Shown: piece after piece, positions 18,168 to 31,140 of the stretch | Numbering within the stretch: the first letter of the stretch is position 1 | Layout: the number at the start of each line of letters is the position of its first letter | NCBI GenBank assembly: GCA_964544755.1 | Contig: CAZJDL010000001.1 | Coordinates: forward strand, 5,512-69,511 | Reading direction: 5' to 3' | Length of the DNA stretch: 64,000 bases | Source: an uncultured Pseudomonadales bacterium | Lineage (GTDB): Bacteria; Pseudomonadota; Gammaproteobacteria; Pseudomonadales; JAUIET01 | Made by a program: the position numbers and the translations under genes | The notes under the pieces: generated by a model | What the model saw: only the letters and a program-made list of their open reading frames with translations | Told to the model about the DNA's origin: nothing | Databases searched by the model: none

Positions 18168-19770
18168 TCCGCAACAGCTGACGCAGCAAGCTGTCACTCA
18201 TGAAAAACGCAGCAGCTTTCGACGCCAGCTGTTTCTGATTTTTGCCACTTGCGGGGTCGCTGTCGCGCTCGCCGTGGCAATCGCCTACTCCTATTCCACC
18301 AGTGAATATATTCGCGACTTGTATGTAAGCCAGGCACTGCAGGCGACCCAGAACTTTGCGCAACTAAGCGAGTTGGCGCTACTCCTCGACAGTGGTGAAA
18401 ATGCCGAGGACGCAGCAAAGAGCACCTTGTCATTCCCGTTGATTAAATATGTGTCGATTGTTAGCGGCAATGGAAAAATGCTGTTTGACCAAGGTCAGTG
18501 GCATGGCGAATATCTGCAGCTTGGCAACCAGCGGCCACGTGAACCCGGCGCCGCGCTGATTAGTGAACAGGACAACGCCTGGCACTTTTGGGCGCCGGTT
18601 TTCTCCCAAACTGCCGAGGCGCAAGCTGATGACGGCCTGATTTTGACCGGCGACAAGCAAAAAAGCTACCTTGGCTTTGTTTATGTGGTGCAAGACAAAA
18701 AGGAATTTCTCGCCAGCCAGTACGAAAGCTTTAGGCGCAACGCCATGATCGGTTTAATGTGCGCGGTGGCCTTCATTATCCTGCTGCACTTCGCCATAAA
18801 TCGCTTGCTGGCGCCCATGACCAGACTGGCAGCGGTAATGGACCGCACGCGGCAGGGCGATACCGCCGCGCGCGCTACGCCCGAGGGAGCGGTAGAGCTG
18901 GTCAACATGGCGGAAATCTACAATAGCGTGATGGACAATCTTGCCGATCGTGACGTACGCCTGATGAGGCAAAAAGATGAACTGGAGTCTGAAGTCACGC
19001 TGCGTACGCAGGAACTTGTGCAGGCGCGCGACGAAGCCATTGACGCCAGCCGCCACAAGTCGGAATTTTTGTCTAACATCAGCCATGAGCTGCGCACACC
19101 GCTGCAGGCGATCATGGGCTATTCTGACATTCTGCACGAGAGACTCGAGGACGAAGGCTTCGATGATTTATGCGAAGACACCGAATGCATTACCGACAAC
19201 GCCAACCACCTGTTGAACTTGATAAACAGCATTCTGGACCTCGCAAAAATCGAAGCCGGCCGCATGGATATTCATTTGGCTTATGTCAAAATTAATAACG
19301 TGGTACGCCAGGCTCAGGAAACGATTCTGCCATTGATGCAGAAGAGCGCCAACGAACTGGTTGTGGAGATCGAAGAAACTGACCAGATGATTAAGATCGA
19401 CGAAACCAAGCTACTGCAAATATTACTCAATCTTTTGAGTAACGCCGGCAAGTTTACCCAGATGGGCCGGGTAACGGTCAGCGTGCGGCAAAGCCAGGAC
19501 GAATTAAATATCGAAGTCGCAGATACCGGCATTGGTATGGAGCAGCAACACTTAAATGTGATTTTCGACGCGTTCCGCCAGATTGACGGCAGCGCGACAC
19601 GAGAATTTGAGGGCACGGGTTTGGGCTTATCGATCACGCGGCGCTTCTGCGAGGTGATGGGCGGCTACATCAGCGTGGTCAGTCAGCCCGGTCGTGGCTC
19701 CACCTTCAGCGTGCGTTTTCCGTTGCCAATTCGCGCCAGCGACAATAGTGAAAACATCGACTTGGCTTAG
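18136..19770 (+). CDS. sensor histidine kinase (TM, periplasmic region, HAMP, HisKA, HATPase)
   Basis: H-box (SHELRTPL), N-box (LLNLLSNAGKF), and G-boxes (DTGIGM, GTGLGLSI). No response regulator gene is directly adjacent. Confidence 0.85.
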   Translation: MVLTEFIQHSNPQQLTQQAVTHEKRSSFRRQLFLIFATCGVAVALAVAIAYSYSTSEYIRDLYVSQALQATQNFAQLSELALLLDSGENAEDAAKSTLSFPLIKYVSIVSGNGKMLFDQGQWHGEYLQLGNQRPREPGAALISEQDNAWHFWAPVFSQTAEAQADDGLILTGDKQKSYLGFVYVVQDKKEFLASQYESFRRNAMIGLMCAVAFIILLHFAINRLLAPMTRLAAVMDRTRQGDTAARATPEGAVELVNMAEIYNSVMDNLADRDVRLMRQKDELESEVTLRTQELVQARDEAIDASRHKSEFLSNISHELRTPLQAIMGYSDILHERLEDEGFDDLCEDTECITDNANHLLNLINSILDLAKIEAGRMDIHLAYVKINNVVRQAQETILPLMQKSANELVVEIEETDQMIKIDETKLLQILLNLLSNAGKFTQMGRVTVSVRQSQDELNIEVADTGIGMEQQHLNVIFDAFRQIDGSATREFEGTGLGLSITRRFCEVMGGYISVVSQPGRGSTFSVRFPLPIRASDNSENIDLA

Positions 19771-19812
19771 CTGCCAGCATGTCTGGACGTGAAGTTATTT
19801 TGCCGTGTGCCC

Positions 19813-20535
19813 TTAGTCCTTTATACTGGGTTTGACTAACGAACGCAGCCAATTCAACGTGCTGTTGCCCTTCAGCAACACATAATCGAGACGGTCATAT
19901 TCCGTTGCCAGCGCAACCGCATCGGTAAAAAAATCGGCTCTGGTCGTCAACTTTTCTGCGCTATCCAGTTCTTTCACCACCTTCGCCGGATTGCCGGCAA
20001 CCACCACGTTAGCCGGCACGTCTCCAACCACAACCGCGCGTGCGGCAACAATGCTGTTGTCTCCAATGCTGACCCCCTTCAGCACGGTCGCATGATCTCC
20101 CAGCCACACGTTATTACCAATATGTACCGGCGTTACCTCACGCGGCCGTTCGATCCGGTTGTAAACACCATGCCAATCGGAATCTGTAATGTAAACACCG
20201 TGGGCCAGCATGCAACTGTCACCAATCACAATTTCATCACAAGCGCTGATTCTGACACCTGGCGTAATCATAACCGCAGCGCCAATTTGAATACGCCCGC
20301 AGTCCGGCACCTGGTTCCACACCCCGATACGCGTGTGGCTGTCTTTTTCGGCGACAATGGTCGCCGACTCACCGATGGAAATATTCGGTCCCGAGATGTG
20401 AATATACCAGGGGTTCATCAGCGTATAATGGTCGCCGAGATGATCCAGGTGTGGTCTTACGTAGTGGCGCACATACCAACGGCGAAATCGCAGATAGTAT
20501 TTTTTGACGTAGTAGGGTCGCAAATCTTTGCGCAT
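19813..20535 (-). CDS. hexapeptide-repeat (LbH) acyl/acetyltransferase
   Basis: Repeated [LIV]G-x4 hexapeptide pattern (IGNNVWLGDHATVLKGVSIGDNSIVAARAVV). Confidence 0.7.
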   Translation of the reverse strand: MRKDLRPYYVKKYYLRFRRWYVRHYVRPHLDHLGDHYTLMNPWYIHISGPNISIGESATIVAEKDSHTRIGVWNQVPDCGRIQIGAAVMITPGVRISACDEIVIGDSCMLAHGVYITDSDWHGVYNRIERPREVTPVHIGNNVWLGDHATVLKGVSIGDNSIVAARAVVVGDVPANVVVAGNPAKVVKELDSAEKLTTRADFFTDAVALATEYDRLDYVLLKGNSTLNWLRSLVKPSIKD

Positions 20536-20636
20536 TTATTGACGCCGCAGTGAAGAGTGAGCCGGTGTATTCGTTGTGGCGCGACAGTCTCGCACAAAGT
20601 ACGCAGTATGAAAACTGAACGTAAGCACCGCTGTCC

Positions 20637-21311
20637 ATGAGTCTTGCTAATTCCTCCACTGTACGGTCAAATCAGACCGGCCCGCACCCGGCCTTGCGAG
20701 CCGTCGTTGACCGCCACCTGGCCAGCAGCTCCAATAAACCGGTTGCAGAGCACAGCCGGGAAGCGTTTGTGCGTGTGCAGCAACGTATCGGGCTAGACGA
20801 GCAGCCGCTGATTCTGGATGCCGGTTGCGGCAACGGCAGCAGCAGCGTAAGGCTTGCGCAATTACATCCGGAGCATCTTATTGTTGGCGTCGACAAGTCC
20901 ACCCACCGCTTGCAAAACGCCCTGCGCAATACAACACCATCCAACTGTATTCTCATTCGCGCTGAACTTGAAGATTTCTGGAGGCTGGCCGTTACCCATC
21001 ATTGGCGGCTAGCGACGCACCTCATTCTGTACCCTAATCCGTGGCCAAAACAACGCCACTTACGGCGCCGCTGGCATGGCTCGGCAGCGTTTCCACTCAT
21101 ACCGGCACTGGGTGGCGCGCTTGAACTGCGCACCAACTGGCATAATTACGCATTAGAATTTGCTGCCGCTTTGCATTATGCTGGGCACGCGTGTGCAGTA
21201 ACGCCATTGTCGACCGTGGAACCATTAACGCCTTTCGAGGCCAAATACCGGGCCAGCGGCCATTCGCTTTGGCGCTGTCGCGCAGATTTTCCTGTTACTC
21301 ATAAGGGTTGA
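20637..21311 (+). CDS. class I SAM-dependent methyltransferase, TrmB-like
   Basis: SAM motif I (ILDAGCGNGSS) and a NPWPKQRHLRRRW motif resembling the tRNA m7G46 methyltransferase family. Confidence 0.55.
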   Translation: MSLANSSTVRSNQTGPHPALRAVVDRHLASSSNKPVAEHSREAFVRVQQRIGLDEQPLILDAGCGNGSSSVRLAQLHPEHLIVGVDKSTHRLQNALRNTTPSNCILIRAELEDFWRLAVTHHWRLATHLILYPNPWPKQRHLRRRWHGSAAFPLIPALGGALELRTNWHNYALEFAAALHYAGHACAVTPLSTVEPLTPFEAKYRASGHSLWRCRADFPVTHKG

Positions 21312-21314
21312 GAT

Positions 21315-22166
21315 ATGACAACTCATCGCATTCGCATCGCCAGCACCGATACCGTTACCGATCCGGTTTGGCAACAAATTCAGCAGGAGACCGCGGAAGA
21401 TGCCCGGCAGGAGCCAGTGCTGGCAAGCTTCTTTCACGCTACCATTCTCAACCACAGCACCCTGGAAGCCGCACTCAGCTTTCACCTCGCCAACAAATTA
21501 GACAGCGCTACCGCTTCGGCGCTGCTGGTGCGCGAAGTTATTCAGGAGGCGCTGGATACTGAACCCGCCATACGCGCTTCTATTCGCGCCGATTTGCAAG
21601 CCGTCGCCGACCGTGACTCAGCGTGCTGCAAGCTGGCAGCGCCATTTTTGTTCTTCAAGGGTTTTCATGCACTGCAAGCATATCGCGTGGCCCATTGGCT
21701 GTGGCGCGCCAAACGTGAGTCGCTGGCACTGTTTCTGCAAAACCGCATCTCGGTTGAGTTCGGCGTCGACATTCACCCGGCCGCACGCATCGGCAGCGGT
21801 ATTTTGCTCGATCACGCAACGGGACTTGTGATTGGCGAAACCGCCGTAGTGGGTAACAATGTGTCCCTGATGCAATCCGTTACGCTGGGAGGAACGGGTA
21901 AGGAATCGGGCGATCGGCATCCGAAAGTCAGCGACGGCGTGTTGATCAGCGCGGGCGCCAAAGTGCTGGGCAATATTCGTATTGGCAGGGGCGCCAAGGT
22001 AGGGGCCGGTAGTGTCGTGCTAACCGATGTGCCGGCGCATACTACGGTAGCCGGTGTACCCGCTGAAATTGTCGGTAAACCCTGCTGCAGTGAGCCGGCG
22101 CTGGAGATGGATCACAATTTAAAGGACGATATTGAATCGGCTGCTGCTTCCAGCGAGAACAGCTAG
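21315..22166 (+). CDS. cysE: serine O-acetyltransferase
   Basis: SATase N-terminal helical domain plus hexapeptide repeats (GVDIHPAARIGSGILLDHATGLVIGETA). Confidence 0.85.
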   Translation: MTTHRIRIASTDTVTDPVWQQIQQETAEDARQEPVLASFFHATILNHSTLEAALSFHLANKLDSATASALLVREVIQEALDTEPAIRASIRADLQAVADRDSACCKLAAPFLFFKGFHALQAYRVAHWLWRAKRESLALFLQNRISVEFGVDIHPAARIGSGILLDHATGLVIGETAVVGNNVSLMQSVTLGGTGKESGDRHPKVSDGVLISAGAKVLGNIRIGRGAKVGAGSVVLTDVPAHTTVAGVPAEIVGKPCCSEPALEMDHNLKDDIESAAASSENS

Positions 22167-22169
22167 TGT

Positions 22170-23234
22170 TTACTGGTGGTAAGCCACCGAGTACTCGTGC
22201 ACGGCGTCGATAAACGCCCGCACATTATCGGGGTCGATATCCGGCGTAATGCCATGCCCCAGGTTAAACACATGCCCCGTGCCTGCGCCGTAGCGGGCCA
22301 GGATGCTCTTCACTTCCTGTTCTATCCGTTGCGGTGTGGCACGTAATATTGCCGGGTCCATATTGCCTTGCAGGGCGACGCGGGATCCAACTTGCGCACG
22401 CGCGACACCAATATCCAGGGTCCAATCCAGCCCGATACAGTCGCAGTCGCTTTGCATGATGTATTGCAACCAACTGCCGCCGTTCTTGGTAAAGACAATA
22501 ACAGGCACACGCTCACCATGATGTTCGCGTGTTAGTCCTGCGATAATCTTCCGCATGTAGTCCAGCGAGAACTCACGGTAAGCCGCCGTGCTTAACACCC
22601 CACCCCAGGTATCAAATATTTGCACCACCTGCGCCCCGGCGGCAATTTGCGCGTTTAAATAAGCTTGCACCGAGAGCGCCAGTTTGTTCAGCAACTCGTG
22701 CATGACCTGCGGCTCGTTAAAAGCCAGCGTTTTTGTTGTGGCGAAGTCTTTGCTTGACCCGCCCTCGATCATATAGGTGGCAAGCGTCCATGGACTACCT
22801 GCAAACCCGATCAAGGGAACGCGATCATTGAGCTCCTTGCGGATGAGGCGCACAGCATCGATAACATAAGGCAGGTCGTGCGCCGGATCGACGATGGGGA
22901 GGGCGTCAACGTCGGCTGCGGTTTGCAGGGTTTTCCTGAATTTTGGCCCTTCACCTTCTACAAAATGGAGACCCAGGCCCATGGCGTCGGGTATCGTTAA
23001 AATGTCGGAAAATAAAATCGCCGCGTCCAGAGGAAAACGCTCAAGTGGCTGCAAAGTGACTTCGCAAGCGAGTTGCGGATCGGTAAACAGATCGATGATG
23101 CCACCCGCTCTGGCGCGGGTCGCGCGGTATTCCGGTAGATAGCGGCCGGCCTGGCGCATCATCCATACCGGTGTATAGGCTACCGGTTCGCGGCGCAGGG
23201 CGCGCAGGAACGTGGCATTTTTTGGTTCTGTCAT
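22170..23234 (-). CDS. hemE: uroporphyrinogen decarboxylase
   Basis: N-terminal [16 protein letters not shown] motif and full-length HemE-like sequence. Confidence 0.92.
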   Translation of the reverse strand: MTEPKNATFLRALRREPVAYTPVWMMRQAGRYLPEYRATRARAGGIIDLFTDPQLACEVTLQPLERFPLDAAILFSDILTIPDAMGLGLHFVEGEGPKFRKTLQTAADVDALPIVDPAHDLPYVIDAVRLIRKELNDRVPLIGFAGSPWTLATYMIEGGSSKDFATTKTLAFNEPQVMHELLNKLALSVQAYLNAQIAAGAQVVQIFDTWGGVLSTAAYREFSLDYMRKIIAGLTREHHGERVPVIVFTKNGGSWLQYIMQSDCDCIGLDWTLDIGVARAQVGSRVALQGNMDPAILRATPQRIEQEVKSILARYGAGTGHVFNLGHGITPDIDPDNVRAFIDAVHEYSVAYHQ

Positions 23235-23246
23235 AAACGTATGGTC

Positions 23247-24677
<1,431 letters not shown>

Positions 24678-24723
24678 TCATCGTACAGCTGTGAAGCATC
24701 AGGCATTCGGTTGACGGCTGCCG

Positions 24724-27700
24724 TTATTCAGGACGTGCTTGCACACTATGCAACAAGTGCTTCAGGTTGGCGGCTTTCGGCTTCACCAGCCAGACACGAC
24801 CAATGTAGTGGTCAAAGTCCTCGAGTAACTCCTGGCCCCACTCGCTGTGAGTCGCAGCCACGTATTCTTCTATTTCGGAATGCAGATGCACGCGGTAGGG
24901 TTCGAAATCTTCACTCATGATGCGGCATATTTCGACTAATTGCCGATTGTACTTGTCGGGGAACATGCGGTCGAGGTCAAGCACGTAGGCAAAACCACCG
25001 GTCATACCGGCGCCAAAGTTATAGCCGGTGTTACCCAGCACAGTAATCACCCCACCGGTCATATATTCGCAGCAGTGATCGCCAGTGCCTTCCACTATCG
25101 CCAGCGCGCCAGAATTACGCACGCCGAAGCGCTCTCCGGCGGTGCCGGCGGCGAACAAACGGCCGCCGGTAGCGCCGTACAAACAGGTGTTGCCAATAAT
25201 GGACGTTTCAAAGCTTTTAAACGTGCTTTGCCGCGGCGGGTAAATCACCAGCTTGCCACCGGCCATGCCTTTGCCAACGTAGTCGTTAGCGTCGCCCTCC
25301 AGGTGCATATGCAACCCGCCAGCATTCCACACGCCAAAGCTCTGACCGGCCGTGCCGCTGAGATGCAGCACCAGCGGCGCGACCATCATACCGTAGTTAC
25401 CGTGCCGTTTGGCAATTTCACCCGACAAGCGCGCGCCAATCGAGCGGTCGCAATTGGTCACGGCGTAACTAAATTCGCCGCCTCGCAGGTTCTCGATGGC
25501 CGGCAGCGTAGCGGCCAGCATCCGCTCGGCCAGCTCGCCTTTGTCGAATGGGTCGTTGGACGGCAAACGACAGTATTGTGGCGTTTTCGGGTCGATATAA
25601 TCGTTGACCAGCAAACGAGTCAGGTCCAGGTTGCGCTGCTTTTCGGTCAGGCCCGGTAGCCGCTCCAACAGGTCGGTGCGACCGATCAGATCGGCCATCC
25701 TGCGAACGCCCAGCGCAGCCATGAGCTCACGGGTCTCCTGCGCGACGAAACGGAAGAAGTGCATGACCATTTCGACGGTACCATTGAAGTGGTCATCGCG
25801 CAGTGCGGAGTTTTGGGTGGCGACGCCAGTGGCGCAGTTATTCAGGTGGCAAATACGCAAATACTTGCAGCCGAGTGCAACCATTGGGGCGGTGCCGAAG
25901 CCAAAGCTTTCGGCACCAAGGATAGCGGCCTTGACCACATCAAGGCCGGTTTTCAAACCGCCGTCGGTTTGTACCCGCACTTTGTGGCGCAGGGAATTGC
26001 TGCGCAGCGCTTGATGCGTTTCGCTCAAGCCCAATTCCCACGGTGAGCCGGCATAGCGAATCGACGTTAACGGACTGGCGGCGGTACCGCCGTCGTAACC
26101 GGAGATGGTGATAAGATCAGCGTAAGCTTTGGCCACACCCGCGGCAATGGTACCCACACCGGGCTCCGATACCAGCTTTACCGACACCAACGCATTCGGG
26201 TTGACCTGTTTCAGGTCGAAGATAAGCTGGGCCAAATCTTCGATGGAATAAATATCGTGATGCGGCGGCGGAGAAATAAGGGTAACGCCCGGCACTGCAT
26301 AACGCAGGCGGGCGATAAGTGCATTCACCTTGCCACCCGGCAACTGGCCGCCCTCACCCGGTTTCGCCCCCTGGGCGACTTTAATTTGCAGCACCTCGGC
26401 GTTCACCAGATAATGTGGTGTCACACCAAAGCGGCCCGACGCAATCTGCTTGATCTTGGATACCCGCTCGGTGCCAAAACGGTTAGGATCTTCACCACCC
26501 TCACCGGAGTTGGAGCGCCCGCCGAGGCGGTTCATGGCGGCTGCCAACGCCTCGTGCGCTTCCGGCGACAGCGCGCCCAGCGACATTCCGGCCGAATCGA
26601 AGCGCAGCAGAATGTCTTTAAGCGGTTCGACTTCGTCGATAGTAATGGCCTTACCGCTAAATTTAAGTGTTAGAAGATCGCGCAAGGTCGCTACCGGGCG
26701 GTCATTAACCAGCCCGGCGTAGGTCCGATAGTGCTCGTAGTCTCCCGTTTGCACCGCCCGTTGCAGCGCACCGACGACATCCGGATTAAACGCATGGTAC
26801 TCCGCGCCATGCACATACTTGAGCAAACCACCTTGCGCAATCGGTTTGCGCTGCAACCAGGCATCGCGTAACAGGATTTTCTGATCTTGCTCAAGATCCT
26901 TGAAACGCGCGCCTTGCACCCTGCTGGCCATGCCCTTAAAGCACAGCTCAATGACCTCGTCGGCCAGACCCACCGCTTCGAACAATTGCGCACCACGGTA
27001 CGAGGCAACGGTGGAAATACCCATTTTCGACAGTATCTTGAGCAGACCTTTGTTAATGCCTTTGCGATAGTTTTTAAAAGCGTCATCGACGTCGCCCAGC
27101 AGTTCACCGCTGCGCACCAGATCATTGAGAATATAGTAGATCAGGTAGGGGTACACCGCAGTCGCACCCAGGCCAACGAGGGCGGCGAATTGGTGCGAAT
27201 CGCGCGCACTACCGGTTTCAACCACAATATTGCAGTCACAGCGCAGACCTTCTTCGAGCAAGCGGTGGTGCACGGCGCCGGTCGCGAGCAGAGCGTGGAT
27301 GACCAACAGGCCCGGCTGTAAGCCCAGGTCGGAGAGCACAAGTATCGTCTTGCCATTGCGCACTGCCGCCACGGCAGCAGCAGCCACGTCCTCTATGGCG
27401 CGCCGCAAACCCTTGTCATCCGGCTGGTACAGCAAGCTTATTTGCTCAGCTCCAAACCCTCGTTTTTCCAGATGCAAGAGTTGCTGAAATTTCCCCGGCG
27501 ACAGTAGTGGCGAACTCAGAATCGCGCGGTTAGCATGTTCGGGCGTTTCGACAAAAACGTTGAGCTCGGGCCCAATACTGGTTGCCAGCGACATCACCAC
27601 CGCTTCGCGCAACGGGTCGATCGGCGGGTTGGTCACCTGGGCAAACTGTTGCCGCAAATAGTCGTACAAGGAACGTTGCGTGCTCGACAGCACCGCCATG

Positions 27701-29169
27701 GGCGTGTCGTCGCCCATCGATCCGACGGCTTCCTGCCCCGCTTCCGCCAACGGTCGCAGTATCTGATCGCGCTCTTCAAATGAGACCTGGAACATCTTCA
27801 GGTAAATATGCAGCTTTTCGTTGCCGACCGCATTAAAGTCGTCTTTTTCCAGTGAGCCAGTGATGCGCATCGCGTTATCTTTCAGCCAGCGCCGATACGG
27901 CTGCCGCTTTTTAAGCTTGGCGTCGATGTCATCGGTAAACAGAACATCACCGGTTAGGGTGTCGATCGACAGTATTTGGCCGGGTCCGACCCGACCTTTG
28001 GCCACGACGTCTTCGGGCTGGTAGGAGTAGGTGCCAATTTCGGAGGCCAGTGTAATAAACCCGTCTTTGGTGATCACGTAGCGTGCCGGTCGCAGGCCGT
28101 TTCTGTCTAACATGCATACTGCGTGGCGGCCATCGGTCATCACAACACCGGCCGGCCCGTCCCACGGCTCCATATGCATGGAGTTATACTCATAAAACGC
28201 TTTCAGGTCTGCGTCTATAGTTTCTACGTTTTGTGATGCTGGCGGCATCAGCAGGCGTATCGCACGATACAAATCCATGCCACCGGCAAGCAATAATTCA
28301 AGCATGTTATCCATACTGGATGAATCCGACCCGGAGCTGTTCACCAACGGCGCAATGCTATGTATGTCGGGCAACAAATCGGTTTGAAATTTATTGGTGC
28401 GGGCCACGGCCCAATTGCGATTGCCACGAATAGTATTAATTTCACCGTTATGCGCCAGCAAGCGAAACGGTTGCGCCAGTCGCCACTTGGGCAAGGTATT
28501 AGTAGAAAAACGTTGATGAAATACGCAGATAGCCGTTTGCAGCCGCTCATCGCCCAAATCTTTATAGAATAGCGGCAGGTCGGCCGGCATCACCAGGCCT
28601 TTGTACGACAACACAGTGGCAGAAAGTGAACAGACATAGCAGCCTTCATGACCACTCATTTGGTGCGCAAACTTTTTCCTGGCCAGAAACAGTTTGTTGT
28701 TGAACTCGAGGTCGGAAAGTTGCTCACTGTCGACGAATATCTGCTCAATAGCCGGCAGCGCACGCAACGCAATGTCGCCGCATACGCTGGGGTCTATCGG
28801 CACACTACGCCAGCCAATAACGTGCACATTTTCCGCTTCCAGGTGCCGTTCCAACTCGCTTTTGCTGCGCTCGGCAAGAACTTTGTCCTGGCTCAGAAAC
28901 ACCATGCCGACGCCATACACGGCGCCAAGTTCACGCCCAAAAGTTTCGTGCGCCAGCGCACGCAAGAAGCTGTCGGGTTTTTGCAGCAGCAAGCCACAGC
29001 CGTCGCCGGTTTTACCATCGGCGGCGATGCCACCGCGGTGTGTCATACAGGTCAAGGATTCGATCGCGGTTTGCAGCAAGCGATGACTGACCTCGCCACG
29101 CCGATGAGCAATCAAGCCGAAGCCGCAATTGTCCTTGAATTCTGTCGGCTGATAAAGCCCTGACCTCAT
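24724..29169 (-). CDS. gltB: glutamate synthase large subunit
   Basis: 1481 aa with the Ntn amidotransferase Cys (NCGFGLIAH), an FMN/Fe-S domain and a GXGXG C-terminal domain. Confidence 0.95.
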   Translation of the reverse strand: MRSGLYQPTEFKDNCGFGLIAHRRGEVSHRLLQTAIESLTCMTHRGGIAADGKTGDGCGLLLQKPDSFLRALAHETFGRELGAVYGVGMVFLSQDKVLAERSKSELERHLEAENVHVIGWRSVPIDPSVCGDIALRALPAIEQIFVDSEQLSDLEFNNKLFLARKKFAHQMSGHEGCYVCSLSATVLSYKGLVMPADLPLFYKDLGDERLQTAICVFHQRFSTNTLPKWRLAQPFRLLAHNGEINTIRGNRNWAVARTNKFQTDLLPDIHSIAPLVNSSGSDSSSMDNMLELLLAGGMDLYRAIRLLMPPASQNVETIDADLKAFYEYNSMHMEPWDGPAGVVMTDGRHAVCMLDRNGLRPARYVITKDGFITLASEIGTYSYQPEDVVAKGRVGPGQILSIDTLTGDVLFTDDIDAKLKKRQPYRRWLKDNAMRITGSLEKDDFNAVGNEKLHIYLKMFQVSFEERDQILRPLAEAGQEAVGSMGDDTPMAVLSSTQRSLYDYLRQQFAQVTNPPIDPLREAVVMSLATSIGPELNVFVETPEHANRAILSSPLLSPGKFQQLLHLEKRGFGAEQISLLYQPDDKGLRRAIEDVAAAAVAAVRNGKTILVLSDLGLQPGLLVIHALLATGAVHHRLLEEGLRCDCNIVVETGSARDSHQFAALVGLGATAVYPYLIYYILNDLVRSGELLGDVDDAFKNYRKGINKGLLKILSKMGISTVASYRGAQLFEAVGLADEVIELCFKGMASRVQGARFKDLEQDQKILLRDAWLQRKPIAQGGLLKYVHGAEYHAFNPDVVGALQRAVQTGDYEHYRTYAGLVNDRPVATLRDLLTLKFSGKAITIDEVEPLKDILLRFDSAGMSLGALSPEAHEALAAAMNRLGGRSNSGEGGEDPNRFGTERVSKIKQIASGRFGVTPHYLVNAEVLQIKVAQGAKPGEGGQLPGGKVNALIARLRYAVPGVTLISPPPHHDIYSIEDLAQLIFDLKQVNPNALVSVKLVSEPGVGTIAAGVAKAYADLITISGYDGGTAASPLTSIRYAGSPWELGLSETHQALRSNSLRHKVRVQTDGGLKTGLDVVKAAILGAESFGFGTAPMVALGCKYLRICHLNNCATGVATQNSALRDDHFNGTVEMVMHFFRFVAQETRELMAALGVRRMADLIGRTDLLERLPGLTEKQRNLDLTRLLVNDYIDPKTPQYCRLPSNDPFDKGELAERMLAATLPAIENLRGGEFSYAVTNCDRSIGARLSGEIAKRHGNYGMMVAPLVLHLSGTAGQSFGVWNAGGLHMHLEGDANDYVGKGMAGGKLVIYPPRQSTFKSFETSIIGNTCLYGATGGRLFAAGTAGERFGVRNSGALAIVEGTGDHCCEYMTGGVITVLGNTGYNFGAGMTGGFAYVLDLDRMFPDKYNRQLVEICRIMSEDFEPYRVHLHSEIEEYVAATHSEWGQELLEDFDHYIGRVWLVKPKAANLKHLLHSVQARPE

Positions 29170-29357
29170 AGCGCGAATCTCAAAAAAACAAGTTAATATA
29201 AAGACTTGTAATATCTATTGCGGTAAAAGTAAGGGGGTTTTACCGGCCAAAAAGGCTAGTTAGTCTACACGTTAGAGGCAGTACCGACAAATGTGCATAG
29301 GGTTGAAAACAGGCGAATCAAAGACGCGCCAGCCGCCAAAAGCAGATCTTGTCGCCG

Positions 29358-30917
29358 TCAACGCACATCCCCGGCCGATTTTATATCAGCTTGCACTTTA
29401 CTCAGCGGTCGCGCCCAGGGTTTTAACTCCCGCAGCGCCTTGGGCAAGCCAGCCAGCGCTGTCGTCGCTTGTTCCTGGTTCGGGTAATCGCCGGTCACTG
29501 CCACATACCACGGTTTAGTGTTCAGGCGCTGACGGAATACGATGATTTTGCTGTCTTTATGGCGATTGGCGAAATCACGCACGCCGTCAGGTGACTTACT
29601 ACCCACCAATTGCAGCGTGTAGTGGCTCGCAGGCAGGCTCAACAGGTAGCGCTCATCGCTTGTGAATGCGGCAGTGCTGGATTGCTCTTCCACCTTAACC
29701 GGCTTCAACGCGGGCTGGTTCGCGGACGACCCACCGGCGACGGCTGGCTCGGTAGCAACGATTTTTACCTGTGGCTTGGGCTTAACCGCCGCGTTACCAT
29801 CGGCCACCTCGTTTTTTGGCACGGCGGGCGGCGCCCCGGGTTTTGTCGCCGCCGTAGTAATGTCGGCACCGGGTGCCGCAAAACGCGCGGGAGTTTCTTG
29901 TGGCTCTGGCGCGGACTGCGGCGTACGCGCCGCATTATCGCGCTCGGCAGGCGCCGTTAGTGTTGCTGGCGGGAAATTTTTGCTCGTTCGCGCTACTTGG
30001 GCTTCGGGTTTAGTCGCCACGGTTTCATCATCATCGCTGCCGATGCTCCAGAGCACAACGATAAACAGCATTAAACCGACACTGGCAACAACATGCAGCC
30101 AGGGTACACGCACTTTTAAGGGAGCGGGCGGCGGTGATTGCGGCTGGCCGGCGAGGGCAGCGCGTAATTTTTGTTCGGCCATATCGTGCATGTGCTCGGG
30201 AATTCCGCCACTAAGCTGCAACAGGCTCAGCAGATCGGCTTTGGTAAATGGAAATGGGCCATTGTAACCAGCTATTGTCACGCGGTAGCGCAGATAGTCT
30301 TCAACGCCGACCAGGTCTAACGGTCGAATAGCGATTTTCTTTATAGCATCCTGATTCAACTCGGGACGCAAGTCACCGTTGGCATCGGTGGCCGCGAACA
30401 ACAGCAATTTGATATCATTACTGTCATCGTGCGCAAGCTCTAACAGGCTGGCGAGCGTCCGTTCCGGCACTTCGTGGGCATCATCAACCAGCACAATCAG
30501 CGCCTTGGAATGCGCTACGCCTTGCCGCAAACGCTGCAAAACCCGGGCGCGTAACTCATCCGGCGCCAGCTCGGCCGCTGGCAGATCAAAGGCGTCGCCA
30601 ATCTCACCAAACACCTGCTCGACCGTCAGCATAAAGCTGCCTTGTAGCCGCACCACGAAGCTCACGCCGTCGAGGCCGGCCGTCAGCGCTGCCAACAGTT
30701 TCGTTTTGCCGACCCCTGGCGCACCGGTGAACACCGCAACCTGGGTGGCAAAACGCGCCATATGCAAGGCCGACCGCAGCAGTTCTTCGCGATCCGCGCC
30801 AGCAAAACAGGAGCCGCTAACGGTCGCGTCCGCGAACGGATCGCAGCGCATCCCGTACCGCCGCCAGTATTCTGTATCCGCCGTTGTGGGTGCCTGCTTC
30901 GCTTCGGTGTCGGTCAT
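29358..30917 (-). CDS. AAA ATPase (ExeA-like) with a low-complexity linker and C-terminal SPOR domain (DamX-like position)
   Basis: Walker A (GAPGVGKTK), a TM segment, a Pro/Ala-rich linker and a SPOR-like C-terminus (YTLQLVGS...WYVAVTGDY). It lies downstream of aroB as in Pseudomonas. Confidence 0.75.
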   Translation of the reverse strand: MTDTEAKQAPTTADTEYWRRYGMRCDPFADATVSGSCFAGADREELLRSALHMARFATQVAVFTGAPGVGKTKLLAALTAGLDGVSFVVRLQGSFMLTVEQVFGEIGDAFDLPAAELAPDELRARVLQRLRQGVAHSKALIVLVDDAHEVPERTLASLLELAHDDSNDIKLLLFAATDANGDLRPELNQDAIKKIAIRPLDLVGVEDYLRYRVTIAGYNGPFPFTKADLLSLLQLSGGIPEHMHDMAEQKLRAALAGQPQSPPPAPLKVRVPWLHVVASVGLMLFIVVLWSIGSDDDETVATKPEAQVARTSKNFPPATLTAPAERDNAARTPQSAPEPQETPARFAAPGADITTAATKPGAPPAVPKNEVADGNAAVKPKPQVKIVATEPAVAGGSSANQPALKPVKVEEQSSTAAFTSDERYLLSLPASHYTLQLVGSKSPDGVRDFANRHKDSKIIVFRQRLNTKPWYVAVTGDYPNQEQATTALAGLPKALRELKPWARPLSKVQADIKSAGDVR

Positions 30918-30956
30918 TGCGTGTGTAGAGGTCGCCGCGACGGCGAGCTGCGCGTT

Positions 30957-31140
30957 ATCCTAGAAACCGCAGTTGGATCACGAAAGTATGCGCCAGCTCT
31001 TAATGCGCATGGAAAATTCGAAAAAGCTCTCATCACCAATAAGGTGACCACGAGTTTTTCGAATCTCCCATGCACATCAAGCTTTTTATATGAATCAAGA
31101 GGTGCACATCTTTTTCGCGCCCAACTGCGGTTTCTAGGAT
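30957..31140. repeat. 184-bp hairpin-forming MITE-like element with 20-bp perfect terminal inverted repeats
   Basis: ATCCTAGAAACCGCAGTTGG at 30957-30976 is the exact reverse complement of CCAACTGCGGTTTCTAGGAT at 31121-31140. The interior is an imperfect palindrome centred near 31045. No ORF with a ribosome-binding site is present. Confidence 0.85.

Noticed and set aside
24940-25659. Long antisense ORFs inside gltB, gltD and bioB (for example 24940-25659 +, 23241-23876 +, 1232-1864 +, 28648-29163 +).
   Set aside because: They lie opposite strongly supported conserved genes and have Arg/Ala/Gly-rich low-complexity translations typical of shadow frames in GC-rich coding DNA. They also have no ribosome-binding sites.
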